Assembly: GCA_046757025.1 (NCBI GenBank)
Contig: JBHHXN010000084.1
Coordinates: 1-22,196 of the forward strand
Source of the DNA: a bacterium
Lineage (GTDB): Bacteria; Zhuqueibacterota; Zhuqueibacteria; Oceanimicrobiales; Oceanimicrobiaceae
Direction: 5' to 3'
DNA: 22,196 nucleotides
Part shown: positions 8,901 through 16,368 of the stretch, one piece after another
Layout: every line of letters begins with the position of its first letter
Numbering within the stretch: the stretch's first letter is position 1
Program-made: the position numbers and the translations under genes
The notes under the pieces: generated by a model
Database searches by the model: none
What the model was told of the DNA's origin: nothing
What the model saw: the letters and a program-made list of their open reading frames with translations, nothing else

Positions 8901-9112
8901 AACGCATGCATCTCGTCGATGGCGCCGGTAAGGCTGCCCGCCAATCCATGTTGACGCGCGCCCGGCAGCATCTTCAGAAAGGCGCCTCCCGATCGAATCT
9001 GACCGGAAAGATTCTGAGGCATTAACTCCATCAAAAGCGCCAGTGAAAAAACCAGCGCTATTCTGGCGGTCAAGCGATTTTTCGTAACGAATCTTCTCAT
9101 TTTGACTTTCAT
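5915..9112 (-). CDS. PorV/PorQ-family outer-membrane beta-barrel fused to FN3-like, CARDB and two OmpA-like domains
   Basis: Start taken at ATG 9112, an ATGA overlap with the upstream stop. Signal peptide, then the PorV-type N-terminus GAFLKMLPGARQHGLAG...DEMHAFYANPGA with alternating beta-strands (~8081-8990). FN3-like LVWQAAPDPD..VNY...GDYFWSVIAYD (~7655-8075). CARDB PDLIITDIEF...IDKQNRLHEKNELNN (~7270-7651). OmpA-like 1: IFFKHGSAKI..LRGYTD..LAYERAKAVKSYF (~6845-7190). OmpA-like 2: FIGHACAIGSPAVNKTLSLNRA..GHGE..GRQINRRIEI (~5965-6465). Confidence 0.85.
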   Translation of the reverse strand: MKVKMRRFVTKNRLTARIALVFSLALLMELMPQNLSGQIRSGGAFLKMLPGARQHGLAGSLTGAIDEMHAFYANPGATGFLREWQLSTSYTEWIADIYNLSIIYGRRLPLPWSDQSKVAFGFYYQGIREFDSTDQLQAPAAASDMVLTFSTGHPLSAISENLALGMNLKYFQSKLAGYSDRSWILDLGLLYRSNRFNLKNDFIQYGVFSMGLSVTQMGEPLTFVSDETPLPRTLRAGAALNLGTHNGLQIQFTADYQKVLDEVGRFSFGTEIFWSYRMALRGGYNFNNHALSKLSLGLSFRLDDHSLPMKNVLPGRNKALRLDVASLENNDFFSASFQGGVNYYPIAPENFEFKNLSRGTYTEVETDSIKLVWQAAPDPDLYDDVNYLLLIEKAEASLDRSQQIDKIIKAVDDPAGELFQTIEKHRDENLRIIDSGFAIDEKQKLVSITLAQLNVGDYFWSVIAYDKDQHTRFADKNGERIAHFRILPDLIITDIEFRPDKWITEDNYQGELLITVANLSNTRSSKNVLQVFDTTLEDHRQLSNLNNGHNGTDKFMTALEPVPIADLAAGMDTTVILKWYTTAHGKHEISAKIDKQNRLHEKNELNNKFRAAFYTIPKGVFKTKKEVVAEIDTVYEYELPFIPKIFFKHGSAKIETIKSTLMYSPLEVLVKRLQQNPGIHIKLRGYTDATNGEPAELAYERAKAVKSYFIEAGISEHQIEIPQQLTSEQIITNLNPKSQPDRTWVKNERRFVKITLHKQSDHTEEVADLFHSVPLTLTKSKTFLPVHFVSNIVSAVPLTSGTAQIKADSLYAEIPDVRFNTPAADSILWQHAQGDASPWTGKNILYFLVVKDSLNRVFYTPEKMATFASKKLNLLPRKIIVGVAEFKKDVPASDLYWLNVLDKVKSRLDDFKDIRLQFIGHACAIGSPAVNKTLSLNRAKKFQKEFLFEINNRDPEMLKRIEVRLDKYDGHGEQEPFQFEIDKESFLEVLMNKNFVEYQVIKDQIESGFKTIRFDPFKLRVKGRKVLLISDNATTYGRQINRRIEIHIKKVANKKFTAKDSPQFE

Positions 9113-12100
9113 CGCACCAGGATCACCTTTTTCCAGCAAATTAAATCACCTGAGCGTAAGGTGATGATGTAAACCCCGCTGCCCACATCCTGACCGTTTT
9201 CGGCGCTGCCATCCCATTCAAACCGATTTGCACCGGTGTTGAACGTCGTTTCAATTAGATTTTTCAGATGATAGCCGCTGATGTCATAGACATCGAGGCT
9301 CACCAGCCGGCTTGAATTTAGTTCAAAGTGAATTTCCAGTCGCTCATGTTTTGCTGGCTGAAATACATTGAGATTGAGCGCAAACAAGTCACAGCCCTGC
9401 TTTGGGGGTAAGGTAAAGACTTCATCGATGGTCAGATTGTTGAACAGTTTTTCCGGATCTTCGTTATCTGCTTTTACCAGAGCTGTGTTGGTCAATTGCA
9501 TGATATTTGAAGAAAGATGGAATGTTACAGTGGCATTCAATTTTAAAGATTTTTCAGAAAACGGCGGCAGGATTCCCAGGCTCGATTTCAGTGTGTCCCT
9601 GCTGGTAAAATTTTCGATGACCACGGAATCCGGTACGATATCCTGAAATTGGACATTTGTTGCAGTAAATTTACCCAAATTTCGAATGGTGAAAAAATAG
9701 GTATATGATTCACCCGCTTTCACGTACCAGAGAGTGTCCGCTCCCTGAATTGCAAACGAGTCGGTTTTCACATAACTTTCAATTGCCACATCGGTAATTC
9801 TGGGCTCGACGTAATTGAAAACCGTATCGATGTCTGAATTGTTGGCCAGAAATTCCGGTTCCTCATCAAATGCTGAAATGGTAACTTTGTTGATTAAAGG
9901 ATTGAGGCCTTCTGGCATGTTAGAGGCCACGGTGACGTCGAATGTGAGGGTGGTATCGGCAAACGGAGACAAAGTACCGAGACGCCATTCTAGAGTGTCA
10001 CGGCCCATGCTAGTTTCATTGCGGACCGAATCCGGTAAAAAATCCAGAACCACCACGTTTTCTGCTGGAAATTTATTTTCATTTTTCACCTGAATGAAAT
10101 AGGAGTAGGTTTCCCCCCTTCGCGCAAAATACACGAATTCGGTGCCTTGTACGACCATCGAATCCGTGGTCACGGTGGCAACCACCGACACGTCGATGAG
10201 CACCGGCTCCACGTAATTAAACACGGTATCCACCGTCGTGTTGTTGGCCAGTTTGTCCGCTGCTTCATTTTGTGCTGTCGCCTCGATTCGGTTGATGAGT
10301 AAATTGGTGCCTTCCGGCATCTGGGGTGCGAGTTTGACATTTGCGATCAGCGTGGTGTCCTGGAAGGGGGCCAGTGAGGCCAGCTGCCATTGCAGCAGGC
10401 TTTCTGCGGAAAAGCTGTCTGCTCTGACCGAATCTGGCAGGAAATCCGTCACCAGCACCTTTTCCGCCGGGAATTTATTTTCGTTTTTCACCGTGATCAA
10501 ATAGGTGTAACCGGCCCCGGCTTTGACGAACCAAAGCGTGTCGGAATTTTGCACCACGAAAGAATCCGTTTGCACCCTGGCACTGACTGAAATATCGATG
10601 ATGACCGGTTCCACGTAATTGAAAAACGTATCGATAGCTGTGTTATTTGTGAGCTTGTCCGGTTGTTCATTATCCGCCTGGATTGTGACGGTGTTCACGA
10701 GCAAATTGCGGCCTTCAGGCATTTTTTCCACAACTCGAGCAGGTAAAATCAAAGTAGTGTCTGCGAAAGGGGCGAGCTGCTGGATCCGAAATTGTACCGA
10801 GTCTCCCGAACTTCCTACCAGCGTCTGCACGGAATCGGGTAAAAAATCGGTTACCACGACATTTTCCGCAGGGAATTTCGTTTCATTTTTCACTTGTAAA
10901 TGGAAATTGAAAATTTCACCCGTGCTGGCAAACCAGAGGGTGTCGGAATTTTGCACAACAAACGAATCGGTTTTGGCTGAAGCTGTGATGGAAACATCGA
11001 TGATGACTGGCTCCACGTAATTGAACAAAGTATCGACGGCGAAGTTGTTTTGCTGTTTCTCTGGATCTTCATTTTCCGCCCGCACCGTAACCGAATTGAT
11101 GAGCGTGTTCAACCCTTCCGGCATGAACGGCGAGACATGGGTTTGGAGGACGATGGTGGTGTCAGCAAATGGCCTCAAATCGCCTAAAATTAGTTGCACA
11201 ATATCACCCTGAGCGGAGCGTGCCACCCTGACCGAATCCGGCAGCGCATTCAACACCACCACATTTCGAGCGGGCAGATCGTCTTCATTTTTTACTTTGA
11301 TGGCCGTGATGTACGGCTTACCGGCTTCTGCAAACCACAGGGTGTCATCCTGTGAAACAAAAAAGGAATCCGCCTTTATCACCGTCGTCACCGACACATC
11401 GGCCAGCCGAGTGTGATAAACCGTATTTGTGGCGGTATTGTTCGCCAGGTCCGAAGACGCTTCGTTGTCTATTTCGACTTGCACGGTATTGACGAGCCGA
11501 TTCAGACCTTGGGGTGCGTTGGAAGCCACGGTGGCAGTGAAAATCATAGTGGTGTCGTACAATGCCGGCAAATCGCCTAAATTCCAGGTGACGGTATCGC
11601 CGAAGGCATGCCCGGCTATTTTTACCAGCTCTGGCAGAAAATCGGTCAGAACGACATTTTTAGCCTCAAACTCATTTCCGTTTTGAACCGTGATGAAATA
11701 GGGGAATGTTTCGCCTCTTTCTGCGAACCACAAGGTGTCGCTGTTTTGAATTTGGAAACGGCTGGTTCGGGAAAACTTATTGACGGAAACATCGGTGAAG
11801 CATTTGGAGGGTTTAAAATAGACCGTGTCAACTGCGAAATCATTGAAGTCGTTGGTATCGCACTGTGCTTGTACGTGACTTTTGTTGATGAAACTTACTA
11901 TCGAGTCTGAAATCGCTTTGGCCACCCGCACCGCATAAGAAAACGTCGTTTCCTGTGCCACGCCCAGTGAATCCAGGTTCCAGAAGGCCACGTTTTTTTT
12001 CAAACTGTCGGGTTGCGGTTCGAAATCAAACGGAATCAGAAAATCCGGGATGGTATCCTGTAGTGCAAAATTAAAAGCGGTGGTGGGGCCCAAATTGGTG

Positions 12101-13284
12101 ATCTCGATTTCGTAGCTGAATTCTTCAACTGCGCAAGTCGTGTCGAGATCGGAATTAACCGAAACAGCCAAATCGAAGTAATTCGGCTCTCCAGAGAAAA
12201 TATAGGTGCCGAGCCCGCGGCCGGTTCCGATGAGGTCGTTCACGGTGATATCCAAAATTCGAATGCTGTCGGATACGCACGACTCCGGCGCGGTGTAGGC
12301 CATGACATAAAAATTTTGAATGATATCCGAAATTTTCCGGTAGATGTCGTTAAATTCTAACCCCTCTACGGTTTTGACATACAAACCACCCGTGGCGGTG
12401 GCAATGCGTTGCAGCACTTTTTCATTGGTAAAATTTCCGAGTGCGATGGTGAATATGGGAATATCCAATTTTTGTGCCATAGAAATGATGGTATCGGGGG
12501 TGATGGTTTCTTGCTCCGGATCGGGCAAAGCATTCCGCCCATCGGTATAAATGACGAGGCTTCTTCTCAACGAGGTTTCTTTTTCGATCATTTCAATGCC
12601 CTGCATCAGGCTGCGGTACAGGGGCGTCCAATTGTCAACTCGAGCCGTATCGATGAAACTGATCAAAGTGTCTTTGTCGCTTGTAGGCGGCAAGGTGCGG
12701 ATGCTGCCATTCACTCCGGCGAATTGAATGACGCCGGTACGGTCCTGGGGTCGCATGTCTTCGACAAACACTCTAAGTCCGTCTTTGGCACGGGTTAACA
12801 GCGGGTCGTTAATGCTGGAGCTCATATCCATCAACAGCAGGGTGCTGGCGGGAATAATCTCTTCGCAATCCTCACAAATTTCGATGAATTGCGGCGCCGG
12901 TTTCTGATCGTATAAATTGGGATTCAAAGGCAGTGAGGGGTTGTTCTTGCGAAATTCCAGTATGGGCTGCCAGATTTGTGAAATGAGCCGACCATTCTGA
13001 GCGGATTCCTGCGGTCTTAACCAGAAATTGGTGTGTGCCAATCCCCGAATGAGATTGTTTTGATTATCCAGAACCGAAACAAAAAAGATGACCGGATAGG
13101 GATAGCCGGCATGAACTCCTCGAATGGCGACACCGTCCAGGGCTTTGTTATTCACTAAAACACTAAGCTCTTGCAAACCCTGAGCGAAATTGGCAGCGGG
13201 CAGTAGTAGAAAGAACAAACAAATTGTCAAGAGAAGTACAATTGATTTAAACAATTTACTTCGCCCGAACAATGCAACAACCAT
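9109..13284 (-). CDS. Large secreted adhesin-like protein: VWA domain, seven DUF11-like Ig repeats and a C-terminal T9SS/FlgD-type sorting domain
   Basis: 1391 aa. Signal peptide ending NFA|Q. VWA with intact MIDAS (DMSSS, WTPLY, YTDG). Repeats D(V/I)SV..DTLWF..GE..Y.I.V.N....A.NV.V.DFLPDSV..NTV..A.NE....NN...DTV. C-terminus NVFQP..SLDVYDISG..WDG..GSGVYII..KKVILVR. Confidence 0.88.
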   Translation of the reverse strand: MVVALFGRSKLFKSIVLLLTICLFFLLLPAANFAQGLQELSVLVNNKALDGVAIRGVHAGYPYPVIFFVSVLDNQNNLIRGLAHTNFWLRPQESAQNGRLISQIWQPILEFRKNNPSLPLNPNLYDQKPAPQFIEICEDCEEIIPASTLLLMDMSSSINDPLLTRAKDGLRVFVEDMRPQDRTGVIQFAGVNGSIRTLPPTSDKDTLISFIDTARVDNWTPLYRSLMQGIEMIEKETSLRRSLVIYTDGRNALPDPEQETITPDTIISMAQKLDIPIFTIALGNFTNEKVLQRIATATGGLYVKTVEGLEFNDIYRKISDIIQNFYVMAYTAPESCVSDSIRILDITVNDLIGTGRGLGTYIFSGEPNYFDLAVSVNSDLDTTCAVEEFSYEIEITNLGPTTAFNFALQDTIPDFLIPFDFEPQPDSLKKNVAFWNLDSLGVAQETTFSYAVRVAKAISDSIVSFINKSHVQAQCDTNDFNDFAVDTVYFKPSKCFTDVSVNKFSRTSRFQIQNSDTLWFAERGETFPYFITVQNGNEFEAKNVVLTDFLPELVKIAGHAFGDTVTWNLGDLPALYDTTMIFTATVASNAPQGLNRLVNTVQVEIDNEASSDLANNTATNTVYHTRLADVSVTTVIKADSFFVSQDDTLWFAEAGKPYITAIKVKNEDDLPARNVVVLNALPDSVRVARSAQGDIVQLILGDLRPFADTTIVLQTHVSPFMPEGLNTLINSVTVRAENEDPEKQQNNFAVDTLFNYVEPVIIDVSITASAKTDSFVVQNSDTLWFASTGEIFNFHLQVKNETKFPAENVVVTDFLPDSVQTLVGSSGDSVQFRIQQLAPFADTTLILPARVVEKMPEGRNLLVNTVTIQADNEQPDKLTNNTAIDTFFNYVEPVIIDISVSARVQTDSFVVQNSDTLWFVKAGAGYTYLITVKNENKFPAEKVLVTDFLPDSVRADSFSAESLLQWQLASLAPFQDTTLIANVKLAPQMPEGTNLLINRIEATAQNEAADKLANNTTVDTVFNYVEPVLIDVSVVATVTTDSMVVQGTEFVYFARRGETYSYFIQVKNENKFPAENVVVLDFLPDSVRNETSMGRDTLEWRLGTLSPFADTTLTFDVTVASNMPEGLNPLINKVTISAFDEEPEFLANNSDIDTVFNYVEPRITDVAIESYVKTDSFAIQGADTLWYVKAGESYTYFFTIRNLGKFTATNVQFQDIVPDSVVIENFTSRDTLKSSLGILPPFSEKSLKLNATVTFHLSSNIMQLTNTALVKADNEDPEKLFNNLTIDEVFTLPPKQGCDLFALNLNVFQPAKHERLEIHFELNSSRLVSLDVYDISGYHLKNLIETTFNTGANRFEWDGSAENGQDVGSGVYIITLRSGDLICWKKVILVR
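9405..12175 (-). repeat. Intragenic tandem domain repeats, 402-bp (134-aa) period
   Basis: The ACGTAATT core of the NYVEP linker recurs at 9809, 10211, 10613 and 11015, exactly 402 bp apart. More divergent units lie on either side, seven in total. Confidence 0.85.
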
Positions 13285-13529
13285 AAAAGATAAATAAGAC
13301 CTTTAATTAAGTAAAATAAATCACATACTTATATTTAATAGTACCGTACAACCGGTGATTTTGAGAAAAAAAATATGTGTTTCAGGGGCGGGTTTTGATG
13401 CGGCAACGGATGGATTGGAATAAAAGTTAAGCAGGATGGGGGTTGCAAAAGGATGAGTGTCTTGCTGTAAAAACCAACCAATTTGATCATCGAGTGGTTG
13501 TTAACTTTTTTACTTAACAGAAATTGTGC

Positions 13530-13558
13530 TTGCAATGCGGAACGGAACTAGTTATATT
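13530..13558 (+). promoter_or_regulatory. Candidate sigma70 promoter for yitJ
   Basis: TTGCAA (13530-13535), 17-bp spacer, TATATT (13553-13558), 42 bp before the ATG. Confidence 0.5.
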
Positions 13559-13600
13559 TACAAAATTTGTTTTGAATCAAAGTCCTGGTAAAGGTGTAAA

Positions 13601-15454
13601 ATGAAAAACTTTTTAGAAGAGCTCGACAAAAGAGTCATTTTGTTTGATGGCGCCATGGGCACCATGTTATACAGTCGGGGCGTTTTTATTAATCAGTGTT
13701 TTGACCAGATAAATCTCACCAATCCGCGTCTGGTGAAAGAGATTCATTCCGGTTATGCCAATTCCGGCGCGGATGTTCTGCAGACCAACACCTTTGGCGC
13801 CAATCGCTATAAATTGCTCAAGCACGGTTTAACGGATTCGTTGCAGGCCATCAATTACCAGGGTGCGAAACTTGCCAGAGATGTCGCGGGTAAGCAGCTC
13901 TATGTGGCGGGCTCCATCGGCCCGCTGGGTGTGAAAATCGAACCCTGGGGCAAGCTAAGCAAAGAGGAAGCACAGGAAGCGTTCAGCGAACAGGCAAAGG
14001 CGTTGCTGAATGGCGGGGTGGATTTGTTTATCCTGGAAACGTTTTCAGACTTGAGTGAAATTCAGCAAGCCATCATCGCCATTAAAAAAGTGTCGGATTT
14101 GCCTCTGATTGCGGAGATGACCATCGACAGCTCGGGCAATTCGCTTTACGGTACCGCCACCGAAACCTTTATCTACCAGCTTGACAAATGGGGCGCAGAC
14201 GCGGTGGGCATCAATTGTTCGGTGGGGCCGCCACCTATGATGGACGCGTTGGAAAAAATGGTGCACGTGACCAAAAAGCCCATCATCATTCAACCAAATG
14301 CCGGTAATCCGCGGGTGGTGGAAGAGCGCAACATGTATTTGGCCAGTCCTGAGTATATGAGCGAGTACGCCATGCGATTTATCAAGGGCGGGGCAAAAAT
14401 AGTAGGGGGATGCTGCGGCACCACTCCAGAGCATATCAAAGCAATGGAAAAATCGGTACGGATGTTGAGTCCCAAACAGCACAATTTTTCCATTCACATT
14501 CCAGACGAGATCATCGAAGAAGCCCAACCCGTACCTATGGCGGAAAAAAGCCAGTTTGCCGCCAAGCTGAATCGAGAAGAATTGGTGACCAGCGTGGAAG
14601 TGGTTCCGCCGCGGGGCAGCGACCCCAGCAAAACGTTGAAGGCGACAAAACGGCTCAAACAATTTGGTGTGGATGCCATCAATGTGCCGGATGGCCCGCG
14701 CGCCATGTGTCGAATGGGTGCCCAGCATCTGAGTATTTTGATCGAACAGACCGTGGGCATCGAGACCATTTTACACTATTGCTGCCGCGATCGCAATTTG
14801 CTGGGCATGCAGTCCGATATCATGGGATTGTTTGCGGTGGGCTTGCGAAATATTTTGATCATCACCGGCGATCCGCCGAAAATGGGCGATTATCCCGACG
14901 CCACCGCGGTCTTTGACGTGGACTCCATCGGGCTGACCAACATGGTCAATCGCACCAATCACGGCGTGGACCTCGGGGGCACGCGTTTGGATGCGCCCAC
15001 GGCGTTTCTCATCGGCGTGGGCCTGAATCCCGGCGCCATCGACGTCGAAACCGAAATCCGCCGATTTGAGTGGAAAGTGGATGCCGGCGCAGAATATGCT
15101 ATCACCCAGCCGGTTTTTGATCCGCAAATATTGCTGGATTTTCTCCCAAAAATCCAGCATGTCCGCATTCCCATCATCGCAGGCATTTGGCCGCTGGTGA
15201 GTTTGCGCAACGCGGAATTTATGAACAACGAGGTGCCAGGCGCCACCGTGCCAGAAAAATATATGCAGCGCATGCGATCGGCTCAGGAAAAATCCAAAGA
15301 GGCAGCCCGAGAAGAAGGCATCCGCATCGCTCAGGAGGCCATGGAGCAGGTCCGAGAGCACGTTGCCGGATTCCAGGTGAGCGCGCCATTCGGCAACGTC
15401 GAATACCCCATGAGAGTGCTGACTGTGCTAAAGGAATTTGGCGGTGAAGTTTAG
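13601..15454 (+). CDS. yitJ: Bifunctional homocysteine S-methyltransferase / 5,10-methylenetetrahydrofolate reductase
   Basis: 617 aa. N-terminal HMT domain: FDGAMGTML, TNTFGAN, GINCSVGP, GGCCGTTPEHI (Zn ligands). C-terminal MTHFR domain: EVVPP, HYCCRDRN, TGDPP, TQPVFD. Confidence 0.93.
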   Translation: MKNFLEELDKRVILFDGAMGTMLYSRGVFINQCFDQINLTNPRLVKEIHSGYANSGADVLQTNTFGANRYKLLKHGLTDSLQAINYQGAKLARDVAGKQLYVAGSIGPLGVKIEPWGKLSKEEAQEAFSEQAKALLNGGVDLFILETFSDLSEIQQAIIAIKKVSDLPLIAEMTIDSSGNSLYGTATETFIYQLDKWGADAVGINCSVGPPPMMDALEKMVHVTKKPIIIQPNAGNPRVVEERNMYLASPEYMSEYAMRFIKGGAKIVGGCCGTTPEHIKAMEKSVRMLSPKQHNFSIHIPDEIIEEAQPVPMAEKSQFAAKLNREELVTSVEVVPPRGSDPSKTLKATKRLKQFGVDAINVPDGPRAMCRMGAQHLSILIEQTVGIETILHYCCRDRNLLGMQSDIMGLFAVGLRNILIITGDPPKMGDYPDATAVFDVDSIGLTNMVNRTNHGVDLGGTRLDAPTAFLIGVGLNPGAIDVETEIRRFEWKVDAGAEYAITQPVFDPQILLDFLPKIQHVRIPIIAGIWPLVSLRNAEFMNNEVPGATVPEKYMQRMRSAQEKSKEAAREEGIRIAQEAMEQVREHVAGFQVSAPFGNVEYPMRVLTVLKEFGGEV

Positions 15455-15542
15455 TTATTTTAATTGATAAGTACGAATAAATGACTTCGCACAACCTCTG
15501 ACCGACATGACTATTTTTTCTTTGCAACATTTGAAAATGATC

Positions 15543-15571
15543 TTGATTCTTATGCTTAATTTTTGTATCGT
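15543..15571 (+). promoter_or_regulatory. Candidate sigma70 promoter for the DUF2934 gene
   Basis: TTGATT (15543-15548), 17-bp spacer, TATCGT (15566-15571). Confidence 0.4.
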
Positions 15572-15621
15572 TCAGGCATTTTAAATGGACTTAATTATCA
15601 TGAATTACCTGGAGGTTTCAA

Positions 15622-15837
15622 GTGAGTAAGACTGCCCGTAAAAAAACAACGGCCCAAAAGCTCCGCACCACTGCCAGAAAATCATCCGCAAAAAAAGTAA
15701 CCGTGGTGAATGCAATAAATTACAGCGCTTCGGAAGAGGTCGTTCGACAGCGCGCGTATGAACTTTATTTGGCCCGCGGAAGAGAGCCCGGCCACGAACT
15801 GGAAGACTGGCTGCAAGCCGAAAAAGAACTATATTAA
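15622..15837 (+). CDS. DUF2934 domain protein with a Lys/Arg-rich N-terminal tail
   Basis: 71 aa. GTG start with strong RBS GGAGG (15611-15615). C-terminal EEVVRQRAYELYLARGREPGHELEDWLQAEKEL is the DUF2934 signature. Confidence 0.85.
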   Translation: MSKTARKKTTAQKLRTTARKSSAKKVTVVNAINYSASEEVVRQRAYELYLARGREPGHELEDWLQAEKELY

Positions 15838-15895
15838 TTATTCAGAAAATTTAGTTGCGTCATTTTCCGGTCGTTAAGAAAAATGCCCGTTTACG

Positions 15896-15932
15896 AATCC
15901 CTTGTTTTAACATAAAACAGGGGATTTTTTTT
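15896..15932 (+). terminator. Rho-independent terminator
   Basis: 14-bp stem AATCCCTTGTTTTA / TAAAACAGGGGATT with one G-U pair, 3-nt loop, followed by a T run. Confidence 0.8.
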
Positions 15933-15969
15933 AATTCTCAATTAGCGCACCTGACCCCGGCAAACTGAA

Positions 15970-16144
15970 GAGTTTGTGTGAAAAGTAGCTCGAGACAGCT
16001 CTAAACTTAAAAACAGGTAGATGTCATTCCCCACCTTGCAGGACAGGCTGGAAGAATCTTTTTAATAAACTGCATTTTACGTCCTACAAAAATGATTCTT
16101 ACAGAATGACAAAAATCCCTGTGTTTGCCTTTTCACACAGTCTC
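15970..16144. mobile_element. 175-bp MITE-like element with 16-bp TIRs and a 4-bp TGAA target duplication, carrying an internal REP-like palindrome
   Basis: GAGTTTGTGTGAAAAG (15970-15985) vs CTTTTCACACAGTCTC (16129-16144), 14/16. TGAA at 15966-15969 and 16145-16148. Internal pairs TGTCATTC (16022-16029)/GAATGACA (16104-16111) and AAGAATC (16052-16058)/GATTCTT (16094-16100). Confidence 0.75.
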
Positions 16145-16217
16145 TGAAACTTGTACACCCAAATTTCTACCATTTGCTTTGAAAAATAGGTTGTTCTCTC
16201 CAACAGATAAACTTTTT

Positions 16218-16368
16218 GCTTTTGGCAGTTAGTTATTAGCCTTGAGTTCATTCAAAAAGGTCTTTATCCTCATTGCCAAATATTCAGAGTCCTGAAAGCT
16301 CTCATTGTGTGCAACCAATCATTAAACAATTGCCAACAGCTTACAGCTAACAGCCAATGGCTGAATGC
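16218..16368. repeat. Inverted pair of heptamer arrays (GCTAACA-like)
   Basis: Right array GCCAACA GCTTACA GCTAACA GCCAATG GCTGAAT (16332-16366). Left array GCTTTTG GCAGTTA GTTATTA GCC (16218-16241) is its degenerate reverse complement (17/24). Confidence 0.6.

Noticed and set aside
9113..9139. Longer start for the PorV-OmpA gene given by the ORF track
   Set aside because: The ATG at 9112 overlaps the upstream stop (ATGA) and gives a more normal signal peptide; the extension lies inside the adhesin gene.
13310..13325. CRP-like site (AGTAA-N6-TCACA) upstream of the adhesin
   Set aside because: Only one good half-site in very AT-rich DNA; not distinguishable from chance.
13335..13535. 66-aa minus-strand ORF as a leader peptide
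   Set aside because: No RBS or recognisable features, and it spans the divergent promoter region.
13285..13600. SAM-I or other methionine riboswitch upstream of yitJ
   Set aside because: No ATC.AGAG...GCAACC...GTGC core is visible, and the best promoter candidate leaves only a ~35-nt leader.
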